Part shown: positions 18,616-27,126 of the stretch, one piece after another
Numbering within the stretch: position 1 is the first letter of the stretch
How the letters are laid out: each line of letters opens with the position of its first letter
From: Candidatus Hermodarchaeota archaeon
Lineage (GTDB): Archaea; Asgardarchaeota; Heimdallarchaeia; Hodarchaeales; Hodarchaeaceae
Length of the DNA: 32,000 bases
Reading direction: 5' to 3'
Assembly: GCA_048886185.1 (NCBI GenBank)
Contig: JBHLKY010000005.1
Coordinates: 30,001-62,000 of the forward strand
The notes under the pieces: model-generated
The model's database searches: none
Seen by the model: the letters and a program-made list of their open reading frames with translations, nothing else
Told to the model about the DNA's origin: nothing
Translations under genes and position numbers: made by a program

Positions 18616-18836
18616 TCCCAATATTGGGGAGTAAATCTTTGTGCTAAATGCTTAGTAAATAGGTTAAAATTAATCTATCATAAGCAAAACACATATTGAA
18701 ACGGTGTCATTCGCGGTAGAAAAAGTGATTTCTTAAAGCGAATTGACAAAACAAAAACCAAATGGACATAAAAAAAATAACCTAAAAATCTAAAAGAAAA
18801 AAACAAAATTTGTATCAGATTTCAAAGGTGACATAA

Positions 18837-20702
18837 ATGAGTGAAAGTAAAACTTATGTCCGAGATGCAACTGGGTTAGTGCGAGAAATTGGTGTCATCA
18901 CAGCCACTATTTTCATTCTAAGTAATGTTATTGGTGGTGGTTGGCAGAAGAAAGTCTACCAAGCAGCCGGCGCAGCCCCCCTCAAACCCGAAGATTATCT
19001 ATTACCAATCGAACCTATAGTTATTGCTTTTCTAATAACAGGAGCAGCAGCAATATGCACTGTTTTCGTTTTTGCAGTGATGGCTACAGCCATGCCAAGA
19101 GCTGGTGGAGGATATGTTTACATATCTCGAACTATTAGTCCAGGAATCGGATTTGTTTGTGCATGGGCAGAGTTCATGGGCATAGCATTATCCTATGGGA
19201 TTATCGCAGTTGCAGTCGTAGAGTTTATAGGACTCTTCTTACCTAAAGGTATAACTGGAGATTTCGGTGAATCTTTGCAGGATTTCATTGATACACCTAT
19301 TATTGCAGGAACAAAAACAGCATTCTTTGATCCAGTACCATTAATGTTCTGGGGAATTATATTTATCTTCGCTTTTGGTGCGCTAGCATACTTTGGAGCA
19401 TCAATGACTGGTAAAGTTCTACATATTATGTTCTGGATCCCCGCAGTTATTACTTTGACGATCTATCTTTTCTTAATTCTTGGAGCTCTAGATTCAGCTA
19501 CCATGATAAATGGTATCACAGAATTTAGTGGATATACACCGCAACAATGGATAGAAGAAGCAGTAGCCCAAGGAATTGAAGGCAATGCAGCAGCAGATTA
19601 TGTTTCTGCTGTCAATGAGTCAGTAATGGCCGCATACTGGGCATGGATTGGTTATGCAGCAATTTCTTTTGCAGCAGGCGAAGTAAAAGAAGCCAACAGA
19701 TCATTACCTATTTCTCATCTGGCAGCAGGTTTCATCATCCTCGGTGTCTATGTTACAGTTAGTACATTCATGGCAATGGCTGCCTCAGTTTCATTTGACG
19801 GAAATACAACAGGATGGACATTCTTCCAGGCACAAGCTTACTTAGGTTATGGTGCTGGTTCGGCTACTACTGAATTTCCCAATCTCGCATGGATGCCTTT
19901 TGTAGCCATGATGTCTTCAACGGGCTTTAATCTCTTTAATATGGGTGGTCTTCTAAACATTGCCTTTGCTGTAGCAGCTGTCTTATGGCTTGCCAACGAC
20001 TTACCTCCATTCGTAACTACCTCGTCTCGTATCATCTTTGCCATGTCATTTGATAGAGCTCTTCCAGAGGTATTCGCTAAAGTCGATGAACGCTGGCACT
20101 CGCCTACTTACGCGATTCTCTTTGTCTGTTTTGTCGCTATTCTTGGTGGTTTTGGTGAAGCAGACTTCTTTGGAGTAAATGGTTTCGGTGGCGGTGAAAT
20201 CCCAATTGTGTCAGACATCTTTAATCCTGCAGGCGCAGTAGAAGGAACAGACTTATTAGACGCAGTATTCTTCACCACAGCGTGTATCTCTGCCATCGTT
20301 CTGCCTAGAAAGCTAAAGGACGTCTATGAACGAAGCGGATGGCGTCCGAAGATCGGTAGCAGAGAAGCCGTAGTTGTGATGGGTATCGTTGCATTGATCC
20401 TAAACATCTACATTGATCTACTCATTCTAGGGCCTGCAAGTGCTGGTGTCCTTAAACCCATAGAAGGGCTAACAGATATATCACCATTCCTCGGGTTCTT
20501 CCCACCGTTGATCCCTGATTTGGATGTAGGAGGCGGATTAATTCCCGACTTCGGTGATCTTATCAATACGATTAACTGGTGGTTCTGGTGGTATATTCTG
20601 CTGATCGTTATTGGCGCGATCATATATATCATCATGAAAAGCTACTACAGCAAACGTGGAGTAGACTTTTCAACGATCTACGCATCTATTCCCCCCGAAT
20701 AA
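18837..20702 (+). CDS. APC superfamily (amino acid/polyamine/organocation) permease
   Basis: N-terminal YVRDATGLVRE, MPRAGGGYVYISR, SRIIFAMSFDRALP, many hydrophobic TM segments and a C-terminal IPPE, typical of archaeal APC permeases. AAGGTGA lies upstream of the ATG. Confidence 0.9.
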   Translation: MSESKTYVRDATGLVREIGVITATIFILSNVIGGGWQKKVYQAAGAAPLKPEDYLLPIEPIVIAFLITGAAAICTVFVFAVMATAMPRAGGGYVYISRTISPGIGFVCAWAEFMGIALSYGIIAVAVVEFIGLFLPKGITGDFGESLQDFIDTPIIAGTKTAFFDPVPLMFWGIIFIFAFGALAYFGASMTGKVLHIMFWIPAVITLTIYLFLILGALDSATMINGITEFSGYTPQQWIEEAVAQGIEGNAAADYVSAVNESVMAAYWAWIGYAAISFAAGEVKEANRSLPISHLAAGFIILGVYVTVSTFMAMAASVSFDGNTTGWTFFQAQAYLGYGAGSATTEFPNLAWMPFVAMMSSTGFNLFNMGGLLNIAFAVAAVLWLANDLPPFVTTSSRIIFAMSFDRALPEVFAKVDERWHSPTYAILFVCFVAILGGFGEADFFGVNGFGGGEIPIVSDIFNPAGAVEGTDLLDAVFFTTACISAIVLPRKLKDVYERSGWRPKIGSREAVVVMGIVALILNIYIDLLILGPASAGVLKPIEGLTDISPFLGFFPPLIPDLDVGGGLIPDFGDLINTINWWFWWYILLIVIGAIIYIIMKSYYSKRGVDFSTIYASIPPE

Positions 20703-20723
20703 GATCTTACTCCCTTCTCCCCC

Positions 20724-20732
20724 TTTTTTTTT
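20724..20732 (+). terminator. Oligo-T tract, candidate archaeal intrinsic terminator of the APC permease
   Basis: T9 run preceded by a C-rich pyrimidine stretch, ~20 nt after the stop codon. Confidence 0.45.
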
Positions 20733-20795
20733 ATATTATTTATTTTTCCCATACTTCTTATAAAAGGGTAAAAAAATTAGGGAACCCGAAATCCT

Positions 20796-21377
20796 GTGAC
20801 ATCCCCAGAATTATCCATGAAAGAAAAATACCTTCAATATATAGAAAAGTGCTTATTCTATAAAGGAGGAAGATGGATTGCCAATTTCGATATTGCGATT
20901 AGGGATTTCAATATTAACAGAGTAACAAAGGATAAAAGTTATATTGAACATGCGAAAGATTTTGCTGCTCTTGTTTATGGAGGTGTGAAGGGTAAGGGAT
21001 TTATTTTATCAAGAGCTTTTGCGTTTTTAGCGTCTCCAACTTATGTTGTTGCTTGTGCTGCTATAGATCTCCAAAGGGCTTCTAATGCAAAATGGTCTAC
21101 AATTGTTGATTGGATAAGACAGGTCAGAAACGTTATGGATCTAATGGAGTTTGAATGGGCATGGATAGTTTTTTTTGGAGAAGATAGTCTTCCTGACAAA
21201 GTAAAAAATCATTTTGAAAGATTTAACCAAAGAGAAATCGGACTCGTTTACGCTGATCTTAAGGGTAATCAAGTGATTAATTCAGATGGATTCATAGCGC
21301 GACGCGGAGCAAAACTGTTTCACCCTAAAAATTTAGAAGAACATCCTTTTCGCTTGAAATTTTGGAAAAAGAATTAA
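20796..21377 (+). CDS. Hypothetical soluble alpha/beta protein (193 aa)
   Basis: Long ORF with protein-like composition; TTATAAAA ~30 nt upstream; GTG 20796 or ATG 20817 start; stop directly abuts the next ORF. Confidence 0.75.
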   Translation: MTSPELSMKEKYLQYIEKCLFYKGGRWIANFDIAIRDFNINRVTKDKSYIEHAKDFAALVYGGVKGKGFILSRAFAFLASPTYVVACAAIDLQRASNAKWSTIVDWIRQVRNVMDLMEFEWAWIVFFGEDSLPDKVKNHFERFNQREIGLVYADLKGNQVINSDGFIARRGAKLFHPKNLEEHPFRLKFWKKN

Positions 21378-21908
21378 GTGAAATTTATGACCCAGACAGC
21401 AGATCTCAGCTCTACTATTGAAGAAGATCAAATAACCAGGTTTTCAACTAAAATAGGGATCTCGATTATTCTTTCATTCGGAATTATACTAGCAATAGTT
21501 TCCTTTGGTTTCGTCACTATTGGAATGTTCACTTCCCAAATCACTGGGGTTAGACTTATTCCAATAAATTTAATCACAATATCACTCGCCCTAGGTGGAG
21601 CAGTTCTTGGAACTTATTATTACCATACTAGATATGTACGTAGAGAATTAATCTTAAATCCTGATGGTTTTTGTTTAAAGATAGGGAAACGATCATATGA
21701 ATATTCTTGGAGTGATTTTTCCATTGTAGCACTATCAGTATCTACATCGCATTACGGAGCAAAAGGGTACGTTATTAAATTATTTAAGGAAGATTTAGAA
21801 GGAGATTATGTTGATTTACCAATTTATCACTTTTCAAAATCCTTAGATATTTTTTCTCTAAGACGAGAAATAGATGAAAAAGTCAAATTAGCGCAAAAAC
21901 CAGAATAA
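21378..21908 (+). CDS. Hypothetical membrane protein: two N-terminal TM helices followed by a possible PH-like beta domain
   Basis: Hydrophobic segments IGISIILSFGIILAIVSFGFVTIG and LITISLALGGAVLGTYYY, then ILNPDGFCL...YSWSDF resembling bacterial-PH-domain patterns. Confidence 0.65.
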   Translation: MKFMTQTADLSSTIEEDQITRFSTKIGISIILSFGIILAIVSFGFVTIGMFTSQITGVRLIPINLITISLALGGAVLGTYYYHTRYVRRELILNPDGFCLKIGKRSYEYSWSDFSIVALSVSTSHYGAKGYVIKLFKEDLEGDYVDLPIYHFSKSLDIFSLRREIDEKVKLAQKPE

Positions 21909-21916
21909 TTTCACTT

Positions 21917-22741
21917 TTAGATTTTATATCTGTCATCTAGCTTTTTCTTATCTTTCTCGATTGTTGTGTCTTTAATAACTCGTGGAATTTGTTTTTGTTT
22001 TGAAAAATAACCTTTTTTCGCGAGAGATGTGATACCAGATGTTAGTTCAAATAATATATCAAATAGCAATTTTGGTTTAAGACTCTCATTTATCTCTGCA
22101 GCCAAACGTATCGAAGGACTTTCTAGAGGGTACAGTGAGATTCTAATTATTTGTTCCTTTTGCGCATATATTTTCTTGATTATATCACTTTGTTCTTCCA
22201 ATATTTTCTTAAAAAATTCAAAGTCATTGACTTTAATAATAAAGGTTTCATTAAATTTTGAACTTTGGGTTTCCAGAGTGTGCAAGTGCTTTAACATGTC
22301 ATATAAAGCCTTGATATTTTTCTGTTCTCGATTAGGTAATATTTCAAACTGATACCTATGGACAATTTTATCTGCTGGATCTGCTTCAAGCAGGATAAAA
22401 TCTCGTCTTTTTCGTATCATTGAAGCAATTTTACTTAGAAGTAGATGTCTATGCACTAAAGCAAAATGGATTCTAAAATCTTTTAATGGCAGATCAGGTT
22501 TAGTTTCAACAAAATAAGTCCGTCCCATTGTACTCCTTTCAACTAATTTAAAATTTGTTATCTTCTGTTCAGTTCCTTTATTAATTGAATTATATGTGGA
22601 ATCCATTAATTGAAGATTTTTCTTTTTACCAAAATAATATGTCACAATTCCTATAATTATTGTTAAAGATGCAAAAATAAGACTGCCATTGTACAGAAAA
22701 TAAAAAAAGTATGCGATGACATAATCAATGATTGTAGGCAT
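21917..22741 (-). CDS. CCDC47/DUF1682-like single-pass membrane protein (PAT-complex subunit-like)
   Basis: TM helix followed by YYFGKKKN, and later LVHRHLLLSKIASMIRKRRDFI, which parallel CCDC47 motifs as I recall them ([29 protein letters not shown]). The ORF track opens at TTG 22798; ATG 22741 is preferred (AAGGTTGA upstream). Confidence 0.6.
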   Translation of the reverse strand: MPTIIDYVIAYFFYFLYNGSLIFASLTIIIGIVTYYFGKKKNLQLMDSTYNSINKGTEQKITNFKLVERSTMGRTYFVETKPDLPLKDFRIHFALVHRHLLLSKIASMIRKRRDFILLEADPADKIVHRYQFEILPNREQKNIKALYDMLKHLHTLETQSSKFNETFIIKVNDFEFFKKILEEQSDIIKKIYAQKEQIIRISLYPLESPSIRLAAEINESLKPKLLFDILFELTSGITSLAKKGYFSKQKQIPRVIKDTTIEKDKKKLDDRYKI

Positions 22742-22845
22742 TTTATCAACCTTTAATGTAAAATTATAGCTTAAAATAATGATTTGAGGATGACCCAAAT
22801 AATAAATTTATAATTCTTATTATGGATAAACATTGAGGAACTAGA

Positions 22846-23943
22846 TTATATCAATGATCGAGCAAAGTGAAATAGCTTATCTTCAAATTGTGGAGAATAT
22901 TTTCGAACCAAAGCGATGACCACATTAAGCTCATCTCCCTTTAAGTCACCACGAAATTCAGTAATCTCCTCTCTTCCTATTTGCTCTTTTTCACATAGTT
23001 CCATGAGGTGAGCTGCTTTAGCAAGAAGCTTATCGATATATGTGCTAATGACCGCTTTTTGGGTTTCTTTTGGAGCTATTTGTAATGTGCTTATTAAATC
23101 GTTGATAGATGGGACTCCTCTTATTTTTGAAGTAATTTGACGTTTATCCACATTAATGTGTGTAAGATTTTTGTATTTTTTTAAAAAAATGACATGAGAT
23201 GAACAGATCAGTAGATCCATACCTTTAGGGTCAATATAGGTTGTTAGGTATTGTCGTGTCAAGAGACGATGAGGGACAAGGAATTCAAAGGAAGCAACAA
23301 CTTTTTGCATAATGTCTCTAATGTCACCAACAAGTAATACTGGTTCTTCCAGTAAAAGTGTATATATCACTTTATCAAGATCTTCTGGAAAATACTCAAA
23401 TAGAAACGATAGATCACCAATCTTAAAATCATCGGAAGTTACATCTGTAATTGTATCTTTTGGCATAGTAGCAGTAGCAGGAGAGGTCACTATTTTGATG
23501 GGTTCCTCCCGAATGGGAATTTGTAAAGAATTAATGGACTCAATGATCACACTGCTTAATTTTTGTTCACGATCTGAATAAGTGAAATTTTCCTGAATTA
23601 TTTTCACGATTTTTTGAATATTTTCTTGAATAATAGGTAATGTTCTATAAAAATCGATTGATTTTGTGCTTTCGTTCATATAACCAATTGTAGCCCAAAG
23701 TGGAGGTCCTTCCATAGACTCGCTCTCAACTTTAAACATATAATAGAAGGCAATTTTATTTAATCCTGGAAGAGGTACTACAGCATGCTTGTCGCTGAGA
23801 TCTTGTTTCTCCTCCATTGCTCCGATAGCGATGAAAGATCGAACAGCTACCGTTTTAGCCACGTCTGGAGAATCCAATGAAGAATATAATATTACGGGCC
23901 CTTTTCTACGGTCAAATACTGATAAAATAACATCATTTTGCAA
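22846..23943 (-). CDS. DENN-domain protein (N-terminal longin/uDENN, core DENN, helical dDENN); putative small-GTPase GEF
   Basis: N-terminal ILSVFDRRKGP longin-type start and core LSFLFEYF...VIYTLLLEEPVLLVG typical of DENN, with a helical C-terminus. TTG start is supported by a strong SD. Confidence 0.7.
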   Translation of the reverse strand: MQNDVILSVFDRRKGPVILYSSLDSPDVAKTVAVRSFIAIGAMEEKQDLSDKHAVVPLPGLNKIAFYYMFKVESESMEGPPLWATIGYMNESTKSIDFYRTLPIIQENIQKIVKIIQENFTYSDREQKLSSVIIESINSLQIPIREEPIKIVTSPATATMPKDTITDVTSDDFKIGDLSFLFEYFPEDLDKVIYTLLLEEPVLLVGDIRDIMQKVVASFEFLVPHRLLTRQYLTTYIDPKGMDLLICSSHVIFLKKYKNLTHINVDKRQITSKIRGVPSINDLISTLQIAPKETQKAVISTYIDKLLAKAAHLMELCEKEQIGREEITEFRGDLKGDELNVVIALVRKYSPQFEDKLFHFARSLI

Positions 23944-23950
23944 TTAGTAA

Positions 23951-23959
23951 CACCTCCTT
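23951..23959 (-). promoter_or_regulatory. Shine-Dalgarno site for the DENN gene
   Basis: AAGGAGGTG on the minus strand, 7 nt before TTG 23943. Confidence 0.7.
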
Positions 23960-24362
23960 GTTTTGAGATTTCTTAGTCAAGCTAGTTTATCAAAAATATC
24001 ATTAGGTTCAACTTCTAGTTATATTCTTGACAAATTTCCTTATTAAAAGAAAACCACCTCATGATTTATTAACAGTATAGTTTAACTTGCCATCTTCTTT
24101 TTTCTCTTGTCAAAAATGTTGATGATTGTGTATCAAGCATTTTGTTACATTAATCATCTATAAATAGTTATTGGATTTATCAAGTAGAACTTTAATCACA
24201 ACGCTCTACCTTAAATTTAGAAGAAGTATCTTCATTTTATTTTAATAGAAAGAGTGATAATCAGTTAATAGTTCACAAAGGTAAGTACTTGAGGATAATA
24301 AACATAAGACTTATAGTAAATGCTTAATGATCATTGATTAACAAACTATTAAGGTAATCATA

Positions 24363-25559
24363 ATGAACCATGAGATAAGGGATATCGCTGAGGCTTTGAA
24401 ACAAGACGTGACAGAATTTACACGAGAACTAGTGTCTATTCCCTCAATAACAGGAGAAGAAAGCCAAATAATTGAAATAATATCTCGAAAAATGGAACAG
24501 ATTGGTTATGATGAAATTAAAGTTGATGATATGGGAAATTTATTTGGTAAAATCGGGTTTGGTGAAAAAATACTTGCTATTGATGGACATGTTGATACTG
24601 TTGAAATTGGTAATCCTAATGGATGGAAATACGATCCTTTTGAAGGAAAAATCGAGGATGAGATTATTTATGGTCGGGGAGCATGTGATCAGAAAGGGGG
24701 CTTAGCGTCAGTTATTCTCTCTGGGAAAATCTTGAAAACGATTGGAGTCCCTAAAAATATCACTCTTTATACTGTAGCTTCCGTCCAAGAGGAGATTTAC
24801 GAGGGATTGAATTGGCAATTCATAATTAATGAAGATGAAATAAAACCTGAAGCTGTTATTCTTACTGAACCAACTAATTTGAATATCGCGATCGGGCATC
24901 GTGGTAGAGTTGATATAAAGATTAAAACTACAGGCATTTCAAGCCATGGTGCCACTCCAGAGCTTGGGGAGAATGCTATTTATAAAATAATACCAATAGT
25001 CTCAGATATTCAAAAAATGGACTCTTTACTCAAATATGAACCAATATTTGGGAAAGGAAATATTAGTGTCACAGATATTCAGTCAACATCTCCCTCAATT
25101 AATGCTATTGCAGATAGCTCAACAATACACATCGATAGAAGATTAAATCTAAATGATTCAGAAGAAAGTGTCCTTCGAGAAATAAAATCTCTGGATTCTG
25201 TTAGAAAAGCTAATGCAGAGGTTTATATTCCAGAATATGAATATAAGAGTAAAACCGGTATTGTTTATCCGATAAAATCGTATTATCCTTCCTGGTATAT
25301 GGAAGAGTCTCATAATTTAGTTCAAACTGCTATTAATGCTTATAAAACTCAATTTAAAGAAGAGCCTGTTCTCTATCATTGGCGTTTTTCGACCAATGGC
25401 GCGGCAACAAAAGGGATTTTCAATATCCCTACAATAGGATTTGGGCCTGGTAATGAAAATCTTGCTCATAGCGTAGATGACAGTGTTCCTATAAAACACC
25501 TTGTTAAAGCGATGGAATTTTATGCAGCCTTTGTCAAAGCTTGGGGAGGAAAATTATGA
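24363..25559 (+). CDS. ygeY: M20/ArgE-DapE family metallohydrolase, YgeY subfamily
   Basis: DGHVDTV, GRGACDQKGG, VQEE, GHRGR, SHGATPELGENA, YYPSW, WRFSTNG and GFGPG-E--AH match E. coli YgeY-type motifs. Confidence 0.85.
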   Translation: MNHEIRDIAEALKQDVTEFTRELVSIPSITGEESQIIEIISRKMEQIGYDEIKVDDMGNLFGKIGFGEKILAIDGHVDTVEIGNPNGWKYDPFEGKIEDEIIYGRGACDQKGGLASVILSGKILKTIGVPKNITLYTVASVQEEIYEGLNWQFIINEDEIKPEAVILTEPTNLNIAIGHRGRVDIKIKTTGISSHGATPELGENAIYKIIPIVSDIQKMDSLLKYEPIFGKGNISVTDIQSTSPSINAIADSSTIHIDRRLNLNDSEESVLREIKSLDSVRKANAEVYIPEYEYKSKTGIVYPIKSYYPSWYMEESHNLVQTAINAYKTQFKEEPVLYHWRFSTNGAATKGIFNIPTIGFGPGNENLAHSVDDSVPIKHLVKAMEFYAAFVKAWGGKL

Positions 25560-25573
25560 CTAAATTTAGTAGC

Positions 25574-26947
25574 TTAGGTCATTTTTCTCTCCACTTGTGC
25601 TACAGCCTCTTTAAATATGTCTAGACCAACATTTGCTAATTCTTCTGTTATTATCAGTGGTGGTAAAAACCTTACAACATTATTATAATGTCCTCCAATC
25701 TCAACAAGAATCCCTCTCATAAAACTCTGTTTTCGTATTTCAGCTGCTAACTCATTAGAAGGTCTTTTTGTATCTTTATCATTAACGATTTCGACACCAA
25801 TCATAAGACCCTTACCCCTGACATCACCTATTATTTCAGAATTATGTTTTAACTTATCCAATTTTTTAAGAAAGATTTCTCCAAGATTTAAGGTATATTT
25901 ATCTAGTTTATTTTCTAGCATGAAGTCTATTGAAGCAACTCCTGCTGCCATCGCCGTAACACTACCTCGGAAAGTACCTATATGTGATGCTCGTCTCCAA
26001 CCATCGAATTCTTCATGATAAGCTATAGCAGAGAGAGGGAAACCACCACCTAAGGCTTTTGACATAGTTATAATGTCAGGTCTAGCTCTTGAGTGTTGAA
26101 AAGAGAACATTTTTCCTGTTCTACAAAAACCAGATTGAATCTCATCAAAAATTATTGGTACTTCAAATTTCCGGCTGATTTCTGCTACTTGGCTGATATA
26201 TTCAATAGGTGGTATAATAGATCCACCTTCTCCTTGAACAGGTTCAATAATCGTCGCTGCAGGATGAACAACCCCAGAATGAGGATCTTCAAGTATATGT
26301 TCATAAACCAACGCACAATCGATAACACATTCATTCCTAGCTCGACGCAAAGGACATCTATAACAATAAGCATAAGGAGCAAAGTGAATCTCTGGCAACA
26401 TAGGAACATATTTTTCTTTCCAAAATTTTCCTGAGGTTATAGAACATGCTCCTGCTGTCATACCATGATAACCTCCTTCGAAAGCAATAATCCCGTGACG
26501 CTTTGTTTTATATTTCGCTAATTTTATTGCCATTTCTACGGCGTCAGATCCAGTTGGTCCTCCAAATTGAATTTTTACCTTATTTTTCAATTCATCTGGC
26601 ATAATCTTTCTTATTCTTTCAATTAACTCAAGTCTGATCTCTGTTGGAAAGTCCAATGTATGAGTTATTTTGTTTTGTTGTGTTCTCACTGACTCAAGAA
26701 TAGAAGGATTACAATGACCAAGTGCCAGTACTCCTGCACCGGCAAAAAAGTCTATAAAAATATTACCATCAGCGTCCTTCACTGTGGCACCCCTCCCTTC
26801 TTCCATTACAATAGGGATTCCAAGTGGGTAAGAGACTGCACTTCCCTCAATCCTTCTTTGTAATTGTAAGAGACTTTCTGTTCTTTTTCCTGGAAGTTCA
26901 CCATTTATTTTAGGTGCTTCGGGGAAACTTAATTCTTCAAATTTCAT
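25574..26947 (-). CDS. Class III PLP-dependent aminotransferase (diaminobutyrate--2-oxoglutarate transaminase-like)
   Basis: DFFAGAGVLALGH, GPTGSDAVEMAIK, GYHG, EPVQGEGG, DEIQSGFCRTG, SKALGGG and HIGTFRG. The ORF track opens at 26956; ATG 26947 follows GTGAGG. Confidence 0.88.
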   Translation of the reverse strand: MKFEELSFPEAPKINGELPGKRTESLLQLQRRIEGSAVSYPLGIPIVMEEGRGATVKDADGNIFIDFFAGAGVLALGHCNPSILESVRTQQNKITHTLDFPTEIRLELIERIRKIMPDELKNKVKIQFGGPTGSDAVEMAIKLAKYKTKRHGIIAFEGGYHGMTAGACSITSGKFWKEKYVPMLPEIHFAPYAYCYRCPLRRARNECVIDCALVYEHILEDPHSGVVHPAATIIEPVQGEGGSIIPPIEYISQVAEISRKFEVPIIFDEIQSGFCRTGKMFSFQHSRARPDIITMSKALGGGFPLSAIAYHEEFDGWRRASHIGTFRGSVTAMAAGVASIDFMLENKLDKYTLNLGEIFLKKLDKLKHNSEIIGDVRGKGLMIGVEIVNDKDTKRPSNELAAEIRKQSFMRGILVEIGGHYNNVVRFLPPLIITEELANVGLDIFKEAVAQVERKMT

Positions 26948-27126
26948 ATTCCTCACACTTACTATTAATTGTTCTTTTCCTTTAAATTGAGCTCATGATA
27001 AGCCTCGTACGATTGAATAAGGATCTTTATAAATTTACCAGTATAGCTTCAATAGCGGTTCAAAAAAATTTTTTTGCTCATGAAAACTAATAACCATAAA
27101 AAGGATCTATAATATAGTGAAAAAAA

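Noticed and set aside
11276-25559. Selenocysteine-related system (PSTK-like kinase plus selenium-linked YgeY)
   Set aside because: I saw no in-frame UGA read-through candidates, SECIS-like elements or sel genes. The kinase motifs are shared by many P-loop kinases.
25559-25570. 12-bp palindrome ACTAAATTTAGT between the convergent ygeY and aminotransferase genes
   Set aside because: AT-rich palindromes of this length are expected repeatedly by chance in 32 kb of this composition. It could be a terminator, but I cannot support that.
7524-26947. Ectoine/hydroxyectoine catabolic pathway (dehydratase + deacetylase + DABA transaminase)
   Set aside because: The genes are dispersed, and no EutD/DoeA hydrolase or EutC cyclodeaminase homologue is present.
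27061-27076. 16-bp palindrome CAAAAAAATTTTTTTG upstream of MTase-4
   Set aside because: It is a low-complexity A7T7 tract, not distinguishable from background homopolymer runs.
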